Virus record (IMG/VR): IMGVR_UViG_3300030333_008666
Location: 1 to 64,000 of that record
Strand: one strand, 5' to 3'
Length of the DNA stretch: 64,000 nt
Source of the DNA: a virus
Position numbers and translations under genes: made by a program. How positions within the stretch are numbered: position 1 is the stretch's first letter; each line of letters begins with the position of its first letter. Under the pieces are notes generated by a model that made no database searches, was not told the DNA's origin, and was given only the letters and a program-made list of their open reading frames with translations. This document shows, piece by piece, positions 29,743-39,213 of the stretch.

Positions 29743-30691
29743 CAATAGTTTCCTTGTTTGCCTCAAACCAAGAGATGGTCTCCTCAATCCCTTTTTCGAT
29801 GGAAGTTTCAATATTGAAACCCTTGCTGGTTGCGCGGGTAGTGTCCAAAATTCGCAACTTATCTCCAGATGGTTTTGTTGTATCCCACTTAACTTGGATA
29901 TCTTTGCCACACTTCGCTACGATAATATCAACAATTGTTTTAATGCTAATTCCCGTGCCGGAACCCAAGTTAACTGGAACATTTACTTTGTTTTGTACCA
30001 TGTGCATCATTCCACGAGCAACATCGCGCGAGTGGATGAAATCGCGAATTGCAGAGCCATCGCCCCAAACTTCTAAAACATCGTTTTCGTGCGCCTTGCG
30101 AATCAACGAGGGGATCACCATGGCATTCTCGGGGTCAAAGTTATCATAAGGTCCGTAAACATTTGCGGGGCGCACAATAGATACGCAGTCCCAACCATAC
30201 TGAATCTTATAAGCTTCTGCTTGAAGTTCGCCTATTCGCTTAGCCCAGCCTGCAAACCTATCGTTTTCAGAAGGAAAAGTTTTCCATACATCGTCTTCGC
30301 GAAAGACTTCGGCCGGGTGATACACACCAACACTACTGGTGTAGAGATACCACTTAACTCCAGTCCTTCGAGCCGCTTCCATCATATTCGTGTTAAACTG
30401 TAGCATTGGCACCATAAAATCTGCAGGTTGCTCCTTGCACATTTTTGGAGATCCCTTAACCCCGGCAAGATTAAAAACATAATCCATGCCGCGGCAGGAT
30501 TCAACACAATTTCCAAAAGAGGTTAGATCTGCATACAGATGTTCAACACCATTTGGCGTGTCCTTGGGCGGATCTAGTGATACAATATAAACCTGTGCAC
30601 CTTGCTCCAATAACAAGGAGACTAACTGACGGCCAATCATACCTGAGCCGCCTGTAACTAAAACTTCTTTATCTTTAAAACTAACAGTCAT
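29714..30691 (-). CDS. NAD-dependent epimerase/reductase (GDP-fucose synthase / GDP-sugar epimerase-like), 325 aa
   Basis: VTGGSGMIG, RPANVYGPYDNF, VIPSLIRK, VWGDGSAIRDFIH. Confidence 0.85.
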   Translation of the reverse strand: MTVSFKDKEVLVTGGSGMIGRQLVSLLLEQGAQVYIVSLDPPKDTPNGVEHLYADLTSFGNCVESCRGMDYVFNLAGVKGSPKMCKEQPADFMVPMLQFNTNMMEAARRTGVKWYLYTSSVGVYHPAEVFREDDVWKTFPSENDRFAGWAKRIGELQAEAYKIQYGWDCVSIVRPANVYGPYDNFDPENAMVIPSLIRKAHENDVLEVWGDGSAIRDFIHSRDVARGMMHMVQNKVNVPVNLGSGTGISIKTIVDIIVAKCGKDIQVKWDTTKPSGDKLRILDTTRATSKGFNIETSIEKGIEETISWFEANKETIDERFNAFKK

Positions 30692-31844
30692 TTAATTTCT
30701 CGCATAAGTTAATGATCTGCTTCGACAGCAGATCGGGATGATTTCCGACGTAAAGGCCAAAATCATGAATATGATCAGTGGCTTCAAGCTCTCCAACCAC
30801 CTTGTAGTTATATTTTTGTAAATATGGCTGACGTGCTTGGTTTCCGCCGCCTGCAGTGCCAACACGATACTCTACGCCTTCCTGTTCTAACAGTGCGCAC
30901 ACATTATCAAAAAGCTCAGTATCTTTTGCGTTTAACACAAGAGGCAAAGCAAAATTACTATTCCCGACCTGATCATATTCAACAAAATATTTTTCTGGGT
31001 CTAGGGAAGATAACCAAAGGGCAAGATTGTTTTTCCTAGCCTCAATGTTGTAATCCAAACGCTTCATTTGCTCCAAGCCCAAAACAGCATTAAACTCACT
31101 GTTTCTCATGTTATATCCCGGCACAGCAAAAGTGAAAAGCGGATTCAAGTCCGGATATTTTACCTTATATTCTGCTTGCATCTTAGGTGATGCCTCTCGG
31201 GTCATGCCGTGCGAGCGATATAACTTAATGAGATCATACACTTCATCGTCGTTCGTGCAAACAACGCCACCTTCGACAGTGGTGATGTGATGGCCAAAAT
31301 AAAATGAAAAATTCGACATCAAGCCAACATTACCGACCAAAGTACCTTCGTGTCGGGCACCGTGAGATTCGCAACAGTCCTCAAGTAAAGCAATTTTATT
31401 AGTGCGCGCAGTGTTAATGATTTCCTCGCTGAGAGCGTTGAACCCAAGCGCATGGACCAATAAAATTCCAACAGTGTCCTTTGTTATCGCCTCTCTAATG
31501 TTTTCGGCAGTAATTGCCATGTTTGTTAAATCAACGTCGACAAAGACCGGAGTGAAGCCCAAGTTGACAAGAGGGGCGATGTCAGAAACCCAGCCGATGG
31601 GCGGGACAATAACTTCACCTAAGCCGCGCTGCTCTTTAAGCACAGAGGCCATAATGTAATTGGCACTAGCTCCAGAGTTAACAAAAACTGTGTGCTTTAC
31701 TCCCAGCCACTCAGACCACTTTTTCTCAAATTCGCGAACAAATTTGGATTGAGTGAATCTCACATTCGGGGTTTTAAGGAATTTTATAAGTGCTTTTTTA
31801 TCTGATTCTGTGATGTTGTCGTTTATTAATGGCCACTTGAACAT
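30681..31844 (-). CDS. DegT/DnrJ-family PLP enzyme, ColD-like NDP-4-keto-6-deoxysugar 3-dehydratase, 387 aa
   Basis: FVNSGASAN, EDCCESHGA, SFYFGHHITTVEGG (His where aminotransferases have the Schiff-base Lys), PGYNMR. Confidence 0.82.
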   Translation of the reverse strand: MFKWPLINDNITESDKKALIKFLKTPNVRFTQSKFVREFEKKWSEWLGVKHTVFVNSGASANYIMASVLKEQRGLGEVIVPPIGWVSDIAPLVNLGFTPVFVDVDLTNMAITAENIREAITKDTVGILLVHALGFNALSEEIINTARTNKIALLEDCCESHGARHEGTLVGNVGLMSNFSFYFGHHITTVEGGVVCTNDDEVYDLIKLYRSHGMTREASPKMQAEYKVKYPDLNPLFTFAVPGYNMRNSEFNAVLGLEQMKRLDYNIEARKNNLALWLSSLDPEKYFVEYDQVGNSNFALPLVLNAKDTELFDNVCALLEQEGVEYRVGTAGGGNQARQPYLQKYNYKVVGELEATDHIHDFGLYVGNHPDLLSKQIINLCEKLNDC

Positions 31845-31853
31845 TTTCGCCTC

Positions 31854-32414
31854 CTATTTCTGATTATAATAATCTCCATACTCTACGATTAAAGTCGATT
31901 TTCCATCTTCGCGAAGATAAGCTTTTTCGTAAGCCGGCATAATTTCTTCTGGTTCTGTCAATAGTACAACCTCAACATTGTCGCGGAGCATGTCCTTAAA
32001 CGCAGTCGTATAGTCTTGCGTATGCTGTACGCCACCGTTTAAAGGATCAGTGGATCCAATCGACGTGCGCACGATTACGCGGGGCATCATTGTTCCCTTT
32101 GTCATGATATTTATTTTATCCAAATGGTTAACCAGTTGGTTTGCCGCCAGTAAAAGGAAGTCAAACCGAGGATAGCAAGTCACCGGGACGAGACCTCTGA
32201 GGCCCATCCCAATTGACATTCCCATTTGCACATCCTCAAATACCGGCGTTTCGATCTTCTTGTGTTCCGGTACGGTTGCCAAAGTGTTAAAAATCGCGTT
32301 ACCAGAGAATGCAACTGATTGTCCCAGAAAAACTGTGTTTTCCTTTGATGCTAACCATTCCATTGACTTTATTAGTTCGTCTTTATATTTAAGTGTTTCG
32401 TTTTCGGGTGCCAT
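31854..32414 (-). CDS. Thiamine-diphosphate enzyme, pyrimidine-binding subunit (E1-beta/transketolase-like, no C-terminal domain), 186 aa
   Basis: VFLGQSV, IETPVFE..QMGMSIG, AANQLVNH, GVQHTQD. Confidence 0.82.
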   Translation of the reverse strand: MAPENETLKYKDELIKSMEWLASKENTVFLGQSVAFSGNAIFNTLATVPEHKKIETPVFEDVQMGMSIGMGLRGLVPVTCYPRFDFLLLAANQLVNHLDKINIMTKGTMMPRVIVRTSIGSTDPLNGGVQHTQDYTTAFKDMLRDNVEVVLLTEPEEIMPAYEKAYLREDGKSTLIVEYGDYYNQK

Positions 32415-32422
32415 AGTATCTC

Positions 32423-33055
32423 CTAAAATAATATCCAGTTGCCGGTGCCGTGGTGTGGGAATCCCCTCAGATAAGAATAATATATTACGTCATCAGGGAT
32501 ATCCTTTTTTCCACCCCAGGCAGCATCGGTTGGCGTGTTTGTGCTCATATTGTTATCTTCAACAACAAATTGAATTGGCAAATTAAAATTTTTCGCATAC
32601 TTGTATGTTTCATGGAACACGCCAGTTTCATATGTCATATCCCCAACAAAGCACCAAACGCGAACTTCACCTGCCAAGTCCTGTCGTTGAAGCGCCAATG
32701 CGGTGCCCATTGCGATTGGAACAACGCCGCCAACAATAGAAGAAGAATAAAAATTGTGATCTGCGCTGTTGACGCTCATGCTCTTACCTTCCACAATCTG
32801 ATCTTTTAAGTTGTCCCATGGTACATCATGCAATAGTGCATGGTAGTGATTTCGCCAACTTGAAAAAACCCAATCACCTGGGCGAACATATTGAAATATT
32901 TCAATTAATTCATCTTCATTGCCTTTCGATAAATGCACCGGAGCCTTGATGGTTCCTGCTTCGTAAATTTCTTTAATCTCTTCCTCGAAGCGAATAAGAT
33001 CTTCTTTTGTTAGCGTTATGTCTCTCTCTTTCTTGAGATAATGTGGTATTTTCAT
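32423..33055 (-). CDS. Thiamine-diphosphate enzyme, E1-alpha-like subunit (short form), ~210 aa
   Basis: HLSKGNE, WRNHYHAL, ThDP-binding GD(x)25NN-type motif (FVGDMT...VVEDNN). Start set at ATG 33055. Confidence 0.85.
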   Translation of the reverse strand: MKIPHYLKKERDITLTKEDLIRFEEEIKEIYEAGTIKAPVHLSKGNEDELIEIFQYVRPGDWVFSSWRNHYHALLHDVPWDNLKDQIVEGKSMSVNSADHNFYSSSIVGGVVPIAMGTALALQRQDLAGEVRVWCFVGDMTYETGVFHETYKYAKNFNLPIQFVVEDNNMSTNTPTDAAWGGKKDIPDDVIYYSYLRGFPHHGTGNWILF

Positions 33056-33558
33056 TATTTGTCCCTTTTTTGTAAAATTGGATTTTTTGTTGGCCAATCA
33101 ATCCCTACCCGAGTATCGTTCCATTTCAAAGTAAATTGATCGGCAACATCTGAATACTCGCCTGGATAGCACAGCTTGTAACTAAACACACACTTTGGGC
33201 TCAGTACATAAAAGCCGTTTCCAAAGCCCGGTGGGAGCAAAACATGTTTGCGATTTTCACCGCTTAACATTGTCCAACCCCACTTAAGGTAAGTGCCTGA
33301 TTCTACTCTATTATCAACTACAACAAAATATATTTCTCCATGTATGCAACTCACATACTTCCAGGTTTTGAAATCACCATGAATGCCTCGCAACACCCCG
33401 CGGCGGGATGAAGATAGTTTATCGTGTGAAAAGTTCAGATCTTGTGGGTAGTCCCCACTGCCCTCTTTCCACGTTGTCCAGATGCTGCCACGGTAATCGG
33501 TATAAGCGTCTGGCTGATATATGACAACTTCATCAAAGGCGCTTTCAAGCTCAAACAT
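33055..33558 (-). CDS. rmlC: RmlC-family NDP-4-keto-6-deoxysugar 3,5-epimerase (Cj1430/DdahB-like heptose epimerase), 167 aa
   Basis: DYRGSIWT, VLRGIHGD, LLPPGFGNGF, WND..VGIDWP...PILQKRD. Confidence 0.88.
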   Translation of the reverse strand: MFELESAFDEVVIYQPDAYTDYRGSIWTTWKEGSGDYPQDLNFSHDKLSSSRRGVLRGIHGDFKTWKYVSCIHGEIYFVVVDNRVESGTYLKWGWTMLSGENRKHVLLPPGFGNGFYVLSPKCVFSYKLCYPGEYSDVADQFTLKWNDTRVGIDWPTKNPILQKRDK

Positions 33559-33962
33559 TACCAGCTAATTTCCCAATCTTTAAACTCGGCAGCTAAGCAG
33601 TCAATTTTGTAATCTTTGCGACCACCAGCAATTTCTTGAATTTTATTTTTTGCAGTGTTGCGTATTCCATTCAGCCCGTGAGTTAACTCAAGGTTGTTGC
33701 CGTCTTTAATGCCTTTTCTGTAATTTGATTCATTATGCCATATATGCAAATTCATCTGCGATAGAACGACGACTGCCCGAATCATATCCGCATCAATAAC
33801 GCCGTCATGCTCTTCTAAGCAGATCTGAATATCATGCAAGATGTCGGCGATCTCTTTTGCATATTCCTCTTTGTGCTCTGGTATAAACACTTCTTTAAGT
33901 TGCACAATGGAGAGTCGATCAATCAACTCAGAGAATGTTGGTAGGTATTTTCTTTCAGTCAT
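33558..33962 (-). CDS. Conserved helical protein of glycan loci (DUF4254/DUF6165-like), 134 aa
   Basis: SELIDRLSIVQLK...NLHIWHNES...LNGIRNTAKNKI pattern. Confidence 0.6.
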   Translation of the reverse strand: MTERKYLPTFSELIDRLSIVQLKEVFIPEHKEEYAKEIADILHDIQICLEEHDGVIDADMIRAVVVLSQMNLHIWHNESNYRKGIKDGNNLELTHGLNGIRNTAKNKIQEIAGGRKDYKIDCLAAEFKDWEISW

Positions 33963-34881
33963 TTTCTAATTCCGGAATTGTTTTAAACAGGTTCTTAGCG
34001 AAAGTATCGTCCATGGAAATGTATTCTTTTGCTAATTCAAAGTTTTCCTTAACATATTCTAACCTATCGTAGTACTCTTTTTCAGATAAATTATCAAGAA
34101 TATTAATTAACTCCGGGCCAGTGTTAAATTGTAGCATGCCCTTCTCATTAAAATATTCTCCGATATTATCGCAACCCCAAAAGATTGGGATTGTGCCTTG
34201 TCTAAACACGTCGACCAGCGTTTCCGTAAAATAATTGTTATCCTTTGAATTCATTATGGTAATACTAAAAAAATAATCCTGTAGGGGCTCGTTCTTGCCC
34301 TCTCTAATCGCTCCGGCGGTATGACCACTAATACTCTTCCCAAAGGGCTTGTAGGCCCCTCCCCACAAGTCTACGGGGTATTTATCTTTAATAGCATTCA
34401 CTACGATATGCCGAAGGCGGTGGCCGCGGGCAATTTTCTGACGAGAAGCGATCAAAGATAACATTTTTGTTTTCTTGTGAATGCCCATATCCTCATCTGA
34501 AACTCTGGAAGTTCCGATTAGGTTTTTAACATATTTTGGGCCGCGAGCTAGGAGCTTTTCATCGAAGGTGAAAATATAATCAAACTTGTCTTCCAGCGCC
34601 AAAACGTTATCATAGGCAAATGGGTGAATCTCTCGACACTCAACCAGCCAAGCAACTTTGTATTTCGTTTCCACTGCATCAACCCACGGAGAGTGAATAT
34701 CTTTATCTGTAAAGACTGTCACACCATCGAACTTGGGAAAACCCATACCTGTGCCTTGCTTAACCCAGTCAATGTACTTTGGTTCAAACTCGCTAGAGAA
34801 GTTGTGAAATCCCCAAAACTCATCATAGTGTGGGGGTGCCAAACTATCGAAGAGATTTATTTTAATCTTTTTATCAGTCAC
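33955..34881 (-). CDS. Glycosyltransferase, GT10 (fucosyltransferase)-like, 308 aa
   Basis: FDYIFTFD, LSLIAS...GHRLRH, and DYFFSITIMNS...NYFTETLVD...GTIPIFWG. The canonical EN...YxTEK motif is altered to MN...TET. Confidence 0.75.
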   Translation of the reverse strand: MTDKKIKINLFDSLAPPHYDEFWGFHNFSSEFEPKYIDWVKQGTGMGFPKFDGVTVFTDKDIHSPWVDAVETKYKVAWLVECREIHPFAYDNVLALEDKFDYIFTFDEKLLARGPKYVKNLIGTSRVSDEDMGIHKKTKMLSLIASRQKIARGHRLRHIVVNAIKDKYPVDLWGGAYKPFGKSISGHTAGAIREGKNEPLQDYFFSITIMNSKDNNYFTETLVDVFRQGTIPIFWGCDNIGEYFNEKGMLQFNTGPELINILDNLSEKEYYDRLEYVKENFELAKEYISMDDTFAKNLFKTIPELEND

Positions 34882-35248
34882 CTTTTATAACCCTGTAACT
34901 ATCTTCATCGAAATGCTGTGTTGAAAACTCAAACAGCTCCGAATCTTCCAATGCAACCATCTGATGGCGAAGGCCAACATAGATGTGAAAGTTGTCACCG
35001 GGCTTTAAAACCAGTTGATTGGCTGTTGTTATGTCATCATCTTCTGAATAGTATATCATCATCTTGCCGGATTGCAAATAAAACACCTCGTCTTTGACCT
35101 TGTGATAATGCCACGAACATCTTTTTCCACTTTCGAAAAAAAGCAGCTTGCCGCAATACTCTGGCTTGTTGACAATCCATTTCTCATAGCCCCAGCCTTT
35201 TTCAACAAACTTAATTGGCTCTTGAAGTTCTTTTAATTCTCTTACCAA
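34874..35248 (-). CDS. Cupin-domain sugar isomerase-like protein, 124 aa
   Basis: KGWGYE, SWHYHKVKDEVFY and LRHQM cupin metal-binding motifs. Confidence 0.82.
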   Translation of the reverse strand: MVRELKELQEPIKFVEKGWGYEKWIVNKPEYCGKLLFFESGKRCSWHYHKVKDEVFYLQSGKMMIYYSEDDDITTANQLVLKPGDNFHIYVGLRHQMVALEDSELFEFSTQHFDEDSYRVIKGD

Positions 35249-36057
35249 ACCGTTTTACCTCCATCAATAACCATATTCTCGCCAGTCATATAAGAGCTAG
35301 CTTCAGAGCACAAGAACACAATTGCCCCCTTATACTCATCAATATGGGCCATTCTTCCCATAGGAATAATATTAGAAAGCTTCTCAACGAAGTTCTCTGG
35401 GTGATTATTAAACACTCCTGTTGGGCTTAAGCAGTTTACACGAATATTCTTTTTGGCAAAGTAAACCGCAAGATATTTTGTCATGCCGATGATCCCCCAC
35501 TTCGCAGCAGAATAGGTAATTGGCTTCACGTTCTGCTCACTCTCCTCTACGCCATCTTTCCTGTAAATTCTCTGATCTGGGGCAATAACGCCCAAGTCTG
35601 AGGAAATGTTCAATATTGTCCCACCACCAGTCTCAAGCATCTTATTTGCGACAACCTGTGAGCAGAAGAAAGTGCCGTTAAGAGCGGCGTTAATACCCTC
35701 GAACCAATACTCGGGCGTCATTGTTTCAAAGCGACTAGATGGTGTCAAGCCGGCTTCCTTTTTGACTTTGGGATCTTTTGCAGCGTTGTTAATAAGAATG
35801 TCAATTCTGTCGAAATTATCGACAACAGATTGAATTGATTGCTTGTCTGTTACATCCATATGATATGCAACAGCGCAGTCTTTCTCGTATTTTTTATTCA
35901 AGGCAGCAGCTTTCTCATCTGCTCTCTCTTTGTGGTGATCTGTTATAATTACTTGTGCCCCATACTCAATGAGCGCTTCCGCATGCTTGGGTCCAAGAAG
36001 GCCGCCGGCCCCTGTTATAAGTGCCGTTTTGCCAGTTAAATCAAATACATTTTTCAT
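35242..36057 (-). CDS. SDR oxidoreductase (PtmA-like, as found in nonulosonic-acid loci), 271 aa
   Basis: ITGAGGLLG, LINNAA, YSAAK, IRVNCLSP, MTGENMVIDGG. Confidence 0.85.
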   Translation of the reverse strand: MKNVFDLTGKTALITGAGGLLGPKHAEALIEYGAQVIITDHHKERADEKAAALNKKYEKDCAVAYHMDVTDKQSIQSVVDNFDRIDILINNAAKDPKVKKEAGLTPSSRFETMTPEYWFEGINAALNGTFFCSQVVANKMLETGGGTILNISSDLGVIAPDQRIYRKDGVEESEQNVKPITYSAAKWGIIGMTKYLAVYFAKKNIRVNCLSPTGVFNNHPENFVEKLSNIIPMGRMAHIDEYKGAIVFLCSEASSYMTGENMVIDGGKTVW

Positions 36058-36811
36058 TATAAACCTCTTCCAATGTTCGCTTGTGTGTTTTAATTGTTGT
36101 TATTTCATTGCCGCGGGCTTCTCTAGCTGTTTGCAACGTGTATACTCCATTATAGCCTTTTTCTTTTAAAAAATTAAAGACTTGTTTAAAGTTTGTGTCT
36201 CCGCTGAGAGGTACTACCGTTTGTGCATCGAACGTTCGATCCTTCAGGTGCACATTCTTAACCTTCTCATACACCAAAGAAAGATATTCCCCATGATCAA
36301 AACCGCAAGAAGTTATGTTTCCTGTATCATATGTTATAAAAAAATTATCAGCCAATGAAACGATCTCCAACAAGTGGGAAGCTTCCAGCTCTGCTTCAAA
36401 TAAAAAATTTATTTCTGGAAAATTGACAGCGTATTCTTTTATCAGATTGCAAAACTTTTCCCTGGTTTTTGAATCTTTCATGCTGCTCTTTTCCAGCAGG
36501 GGTATTGTGACATGCTTAATACCATTTTTTGTGGCTGCTTTGCATATTGGTGTTAAATTGTCCTTCAAGTAGTTGTTATCTATGATCTTTTCGTCGACGA
36601 GGTTGTCGGCACAAATAGCGAAAATCGGATACTCGGAGACATCCTCGTGGAATATGGGGTTCGTATCAAAATACTTCGACGTTACAATCCACTCGACGTG
36701 GTTTAAACCAAGCTCATTTAAAAGCAGAAACTCTCTTTTCCAGTCTTTTGGGCACTCCTGAAAACCCTCAACGGGTGGAGAAAGACGACCTTGGATTATT
36801 CCTACTCTCAC
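36041..36811 (-). CDS. Xylose-isomerase-like TIM-barrel sugar-phosphate epimerase/isomerase, 256 aa
   Basis: GIIQGRLSPP, FEAE, YDTGN, VHLKDR, GDTNF. Confidence 0.82.
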   Translation of the reverse strand: MRVGIIQGRLSPPVEGFQECPKDWKREFLLLNELGLNHVEWIVTSKYFDTNPIFHEDVSEYPIFAICADNLVDEKIIDNNYLKDNLTPICKAATKNGIKHVTIPLLEKSSMKDSKTREKFCNLIKEYAVNFPEINFLFEAELEASHLLEIVSLADNFFITYDTGNITSCGFDHGEYLSLVYEKVKNVHLKDRTFDAQTVVPLSGDTNFKQVFNFLKEKGYNGVYTLQTAREARGNEITTIKTHKRTLEEVYNEKCI

Positions 36812-37242
36812 TTCATCTCCTCAACCATTTCAAACCACGTCCCATCTGGGTCTTTGCAGAAAAACACCTTTGCGCGACCATCTGGTGATAATGTTGGTTT
36901 GTTAATTGTTTCAATACCCTCTGATTTTAATGTCTCATAAAGAGAGTCCGCATCCGAGACAGTTAAAGCGACGTGAGAGCAGCCAACTTTCGTTATAAAT
37001 GCAGCTTCGTTGTCTTCTGGGTGGGATTTAAATTGTAATAATTCCAGCATATTGCCGTCCTGCAAAGTCATTTTAACAGTACGCACCTTTGTATTTTTTA
37101 GCCCAAGAAAGGTGTCGATATATTTGCCCTCCTCAACCTGATCTTTTTTGATTTCAAAGCCCAAAATTTTTGTATAAAAATTAATTGACCGATCAATATC
37201 TTTCACAACAATGCCAACATGTCTTCCGGAAACTTTTATCAT
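36808..37242 (-). CDS. VOC/glyoxalase-family protein, 144 aa
   Basis: HVGIVVKDIDRSINFY, LELLQF, SHVALTV, DPDGTWFEMVE. Confidence 0.88.
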   Translation of the reverse strand: MIKVSGRHVGIVVKDIDRSINFYTKILGFEIKKDQVEEGKYIDTFLGLKNTKVRTVKMTLQDGNMLELLQFKSHPEDNEAAFITKVGCSHVALTVSDADSLYETLKSEGIETINKPTLSPDGRAKVFFCKDPDGTWFEMVEEMK

Positions 37243-37958
37243 TTTTTAGCCACGGCCATCAACATAACCTCTTTAGAGAATCTAACATATTTATTAAGAC
37301 CCGCAGAGGGAGACCACGGTACCGGATCCAATGGAGCATACGGTATTGGCAAATAAGAAAAGAGTTTAGAAAAATATTTCAACCAGGGAAATTTCCAAAG
37401 AGTTGGAAGTTGGTAAAAATACTTCACTTCAACTTCAGCAAAGCCGGCCATCTTTAACGCATCTTCTAAGGAAGCTCTCGTAAAGGGTGTTACGTGTGTG
37501 TGATCGATATAAAACGCGTTTTTATAGTTGTGGGCCCAGCTTGGTGTCATAATCACAGCAGTGCCGTCATCGCTCAATGACTCGTAAGCAACTTTAAGCA
37601 AGCCCATGGGATTGTTCATGTGTTCTATAACTGATTTGCTGAAAACAAAATCATAGGATTTCCAGAGTTCACCTGGAGTTATTCCTTCTTCGAGATTGGT
37701 GGCGTAGACCTCATAGTCACTCAAAAGTTCAACGGTGCGCGGAGAAATATCAATGCCAGTGGGCTCGAAGCCCAAATCAGAAAACACCTTAACATATTCG
37801 CCGCGGCCGCAACCCAGATCTAAAATTTTTCCCGTTTTCCCAAACACATCTTTTAGCAGATGCTTTCCGAAGAGAAAAGGATACTCGCCATATGGCGCCT
37901 TCTCTTCCGAGTATGTTACATCCAAATATTCTGCTGAATTTAATATTGTTTTACTCAT
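37239..37958 (-). CDS. Class I SAM-dependent methyltransferase, 239 aa
   Basis: ILDLGCGRG, GIDIS, SVIEHM, DHTHVTPFT. Confidence 0.88.
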   Translation of the reverse strand: MSKTILNSAEYLDVTYSEEKAPYGEYPFLFGKHLLKDVFGKTGKILDLGCGRGEYVKVFSDLGFEPTGIDISPRTVELLSDYEVYATNLEEGITPGELWKSYDFVFSKSVIEHMNNPMGLLKVAYESLSDDGTAVIMTPSWAHNYKNAFYIDHTHVTPFTRASLEDALKMAGFAEVEVKYFYQLPTLWKFPWLKYFSKLFSYLPIPYAPLDPVPWSPSAGLNKYVRFSKEVMLMAVAKK

Positions 37959-39213
37959 CCTGCTTCACTCCTTTAATGCTAGTTTCTATCACATCGAACG
38001 CTTCATCGATTGCCTCTAGAGAAATTGTCAGTGGGGGTGCTAGCTTAATTGCGTTCTTAAACGTACAAACTGGCAAGACACCATTCCTAATACACTCCTT
38101 CACTATTGCTGTCGACTCGGGCGCTTCTTTGGTTATAATACCCGTAACCATTCCTTTAGTGTTTATATTTGTTATAATATCATATTCGAGGAGTTTTTTA
38201 GACCTTTTTTCAAAAAGGTCGCACTTAGCCTGAAAATCTCTGTGAAACTCCTCACTTGTTAAAAATTCAATGTTCGCTTTAGAGGCGGCGCAACAGACAG
38301 CATTGCCAGAGTGGGTACCACCAACAACTGCTTTTTTATCAACATCCACCAGCTCCTCTTTTGCTAATATTGCTGCCATTGGAAGAGATGAAGAAATTCC
38401 TTTTCCCAGACAGATTAAGTCTGGTTTTATATAATCGCCATAAGTCATATAGCCATACAATTCACCCATTCTATAAAACCCCGACTGTATTTCATCAAAA
38501 CAAACCAGTATGCCATTTTTTCTAGCGAACTCATATAAATCTTTTATGTATTTTTCAGGGTACATCCAAGCGCCCCAGCCCTGATAAGTTTCCAGGAAGA
38601 AAGCTGCAATATCTTTAGGATCACCCAAGGTCGATGGGTCAAACTCCTCGTTATTATATGGAAAATCAACAAAAACTATATCGTCATCGTGCAAGTTGGA
38701 CCAATCAGTGCTAGTTGCGCTACCACAAAGCATATCAGAGCCAAGTGTTCGACCATGGTAACTCCCATTAAAGGTGACAATATACTTTCTCTTATTTTTC
38801 TTTGCCCAAAATTTTATTAACTTACTGGCAATATCAGTTATTTCCGATCCCGAATTTAATAAGACAACTTTTTCGAAGTGGTCTGGGGATATTGCCAGGA
38901 GCTTTTCGATGAACTCATATCTGATTTCTGTATTATACAAGAATGCAAACATCAACTCGTCTGTTTGCTTTTTTATGGCTTCACATATATGGGGGTTGGA
39001 GTGACCCGCATTAGCAACAAAAATACCTGACGTCATGTCGATCCACTGGTTATTGTCCCTGTCGAAGATGGAAAAGTCTTTTGCGCGGTGCCAAACAACT
39101 GGCATTTGATTGCTCAGAGCTATTGATTCATATTTCTGCTTCTTTGCTGTTAAATTTGTACTCTGCAAAGTAAAGTTCTCGGAAATCTTTCGATGTTTTG
39201 TGTTAATTCTCAT
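37951..39213 (-). CDS. Class III PLP-dependent aminotransferase, 420 aa
   Basis: LLNSGSE, SYHGRT, FDEIQSGFYRMG, PDLICLGKG, GTHSGN. Confidence 0.9.
   Translation of the reverse strand: MRINTKHRKISENFTLQSTNLTAKKQKYESIALSNQMPVVWHRAKDFSIFDRDNNQWIDMTSGIFVANAGHSNPHICEAIKKQTDELMFAFLYNTEIRYEFIEKLLAISPDHFEKVVLLNSGSEITDIASKLIKFWAKKNKRKYIVTFNGSYHGRTLGSDMLCGSATSTDWSNLHDDDIVFVDFPYNNEEFDPSTLGDPKDIAAFFLETYQGWGAWMYPEKYIKDLYEFARKNGILVCFDEIQSGFYRMGELYGYMTYGDYIKPDLICLGKGISSSLPMAAILAKEELVDVDKKAVVGGTHSGNAVCCAASKANIEFLTSEEFHRDFQAKCDLFEKRSKKLLEYDIITNINTKGMVTGIITKEAPESTAIVKECIRNGVLPVCTFKNAIKLAPPLTISLEAIDEAFDVIETSIKGVKQDE

Noticed and set aside
31854-33055. Pyruvate dehydrogenase complex
   Set aside because: The subunits are truncated and no E2/E3 genes are present.
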